Below, in pieces: positions 62,309 to 64,000 of a DNA stretch of 64,000 nt. Each line of letters opens with the position of its first letter. Within the stretch, counting starts at the first letter, position 1. Position numbers and translations under genes: made by a program. The notes below the pieces were generated by a model. That model was not told the DNA's origin, did no database searches, and saw only the letters and a program-made list of their open reading frames with translations. Source of the DNA: Chrysomallon squamiferum (Eukaryota > Animalia > Mollusca); NCBI GenBank assembly GCA_012295275.1, contig CM022677.1, positions 23,932,001-23,996,000 on the forward strand, given 5' to 3'.

Positions 62309-64000
62309 TGAGAATCAGTCATTTACTTTTTTTGCACTTAGGATTTCGAGTTCAGTTCTCAAACTTCCCACTTCATTTTTGAATTTGAAACAGTACTGTG
62401 CACTTGAGAACCAATTTGGTAAGAAACGGAATGCCAGCATCAAATTTTAAGAACAAATAACCATCTCTCCAGCCAAGATCAGTAATCAAAAAAAAGAGGA
62501 CAATTCAGATATATTAAAGATGAGACGATTTTATATTACTGTTATATATTTTGAATATGCCAACACAATTTATTAAACATTTTGGCAGAACTAAGTAATA
62601 CTGGTTACAATTTATAATTTAATGGGATCTCTATCAGTTTTCACATGGAAATATATTTAAAAATAAACATGGCTGACACACTGCATTTTGTCTAAACGCA
62701 GCCAATACACATTACTGCTCAGGTGGCAACACTGACTATGTGGACAAATGAGAACACTACTTACAGTACTGGACATGTTTTGTATGTGTATGTAATTGTT
62801 AATGTCTGTATGTGCAGAAATTTTTTTTTTTTTATGCAGACTGTCATACAATGTAATTAGTTCTAGTTAACATATGTGGTACAAATGATCACTTACAAAT
62901 CAATATGCCAGGTATAGATACAGATGAAATCACCCATTAATCTGGTGTTACAGGATAACGTTTTTCTACAAAACACAGCAGAACCCATGCTGAAGTTAAC
63001 TGCTTTTGTTAAAGATTACTTTCAACACTTGGGGCCGAGTGAAACTGGTATCAGGAGTGAATGAGTTGAAATTAATGTTAAACTACATGTTAATATATTT
63101 TATATTTCATTATATGGTTGCTGAATGTATTTGTTTAATTAGTTTAATTTTTATCATTTGTTTTATGAATCTGGTCAGTTTGTCCTCCTTGGAGACACCA
63201 GAGTTACCATATTGTAAATGTTAACATTGTATGTCAGGAATTAACTAATATTAAAGTCCTTTAATTTGAAACCTCATCTTGTTTGTTTATTCCTTAGACA
63301 CTTCAAGCGTTTCTAAAAAAAAAACAAAAAAAACCCACAAACATATTGTTATGAAATATGCATTGTTTACAATTGCTTTGAGATTATACCTTAATTGCAC
63401 AATGCATTGCTATACTGTGGATATTTTAGAGCTGCCTGGACAAATTGGTCAACAGCATTGTGTTAATTTAAATGAAAGTATTAACTGAATGAAATGATGA
63501 AGCCATTTTATCAGCAGCTCAGTACCAGACAAATAAAAAGAAAACTATGAATTGGATGTGAAAAACCACTGGCTTCTTTGAAATATTTGCTTAGTGGTTC
63601 AAGTACACCTAACAATCCCATTTAATGCAAGGAAAATAGAGCAAGTTTTGTGGTTAGTGGTAGATGGAGGACAATGGTCAAAGGAAATTAACTCTGCCAG
63701 ACTGGTCCAGTGCAATGTGAGTGGAGCACAAACCAGTCTTTTCCATTCAAACGCCATTACAACAACTGCAGGAAAAAAAACCCAAAATAACAATATCTGA
63801 ATTTTCTAGCAGAGTCCAGCATTTTCAGTTTACAGAAACAAATGGCAATGCCTGGAAATGCCTGTCCAGACTAACAATTAGACCAAACGATAGGAATCTA
63901 ATGACTGAAATTTGACAAGTCTCTCTTCAAGCGAAGCACAAGACACAGTCATTACTAACAACAGGATCAATCCAGAATTGAATGATGGGATGAGGCTCCC

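Overview
AT-rich, microsatellite-dense, intron-containing animal genomic DNA. It looks lophotrochozoan/mollusc-like, but that is an impression from composition only. Most ORF-track hits are simple-repeat artefacts. Manual exon reconstruction (GT/GC-AG junctions, frame checked) gives a cluster of four related type-I membrane protein genes whose ectodomains are essentially all thrombospondin type-1 repeats (TSR), one TSR per phase-1 exon. Gene 1 (-, 2067-20148) has 18 TSR, ~1277 aa. Gene 2 (-, 22508-48495) has 20 TSR, ~1570 aa. Gene 3 (-, 50103-53154) has 2 TSR, ~310 aa. Gene 4 (+, 54172-55600) has 1 TSR, 160 aa, and is head-to-head with gene 3. Genes 1 and 2 are collinear exon by exon but very divergent, and share a cytoplasmic DNPAFTK motif. 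Two intronic tandem arrays are amplified copies of the genes' own splice junctions. The window also holds a decayed Tc1/mariner transposase, a 3.7-kb palindromic minisatellite and the last five exons of dUTPase (-, 58421-60242).
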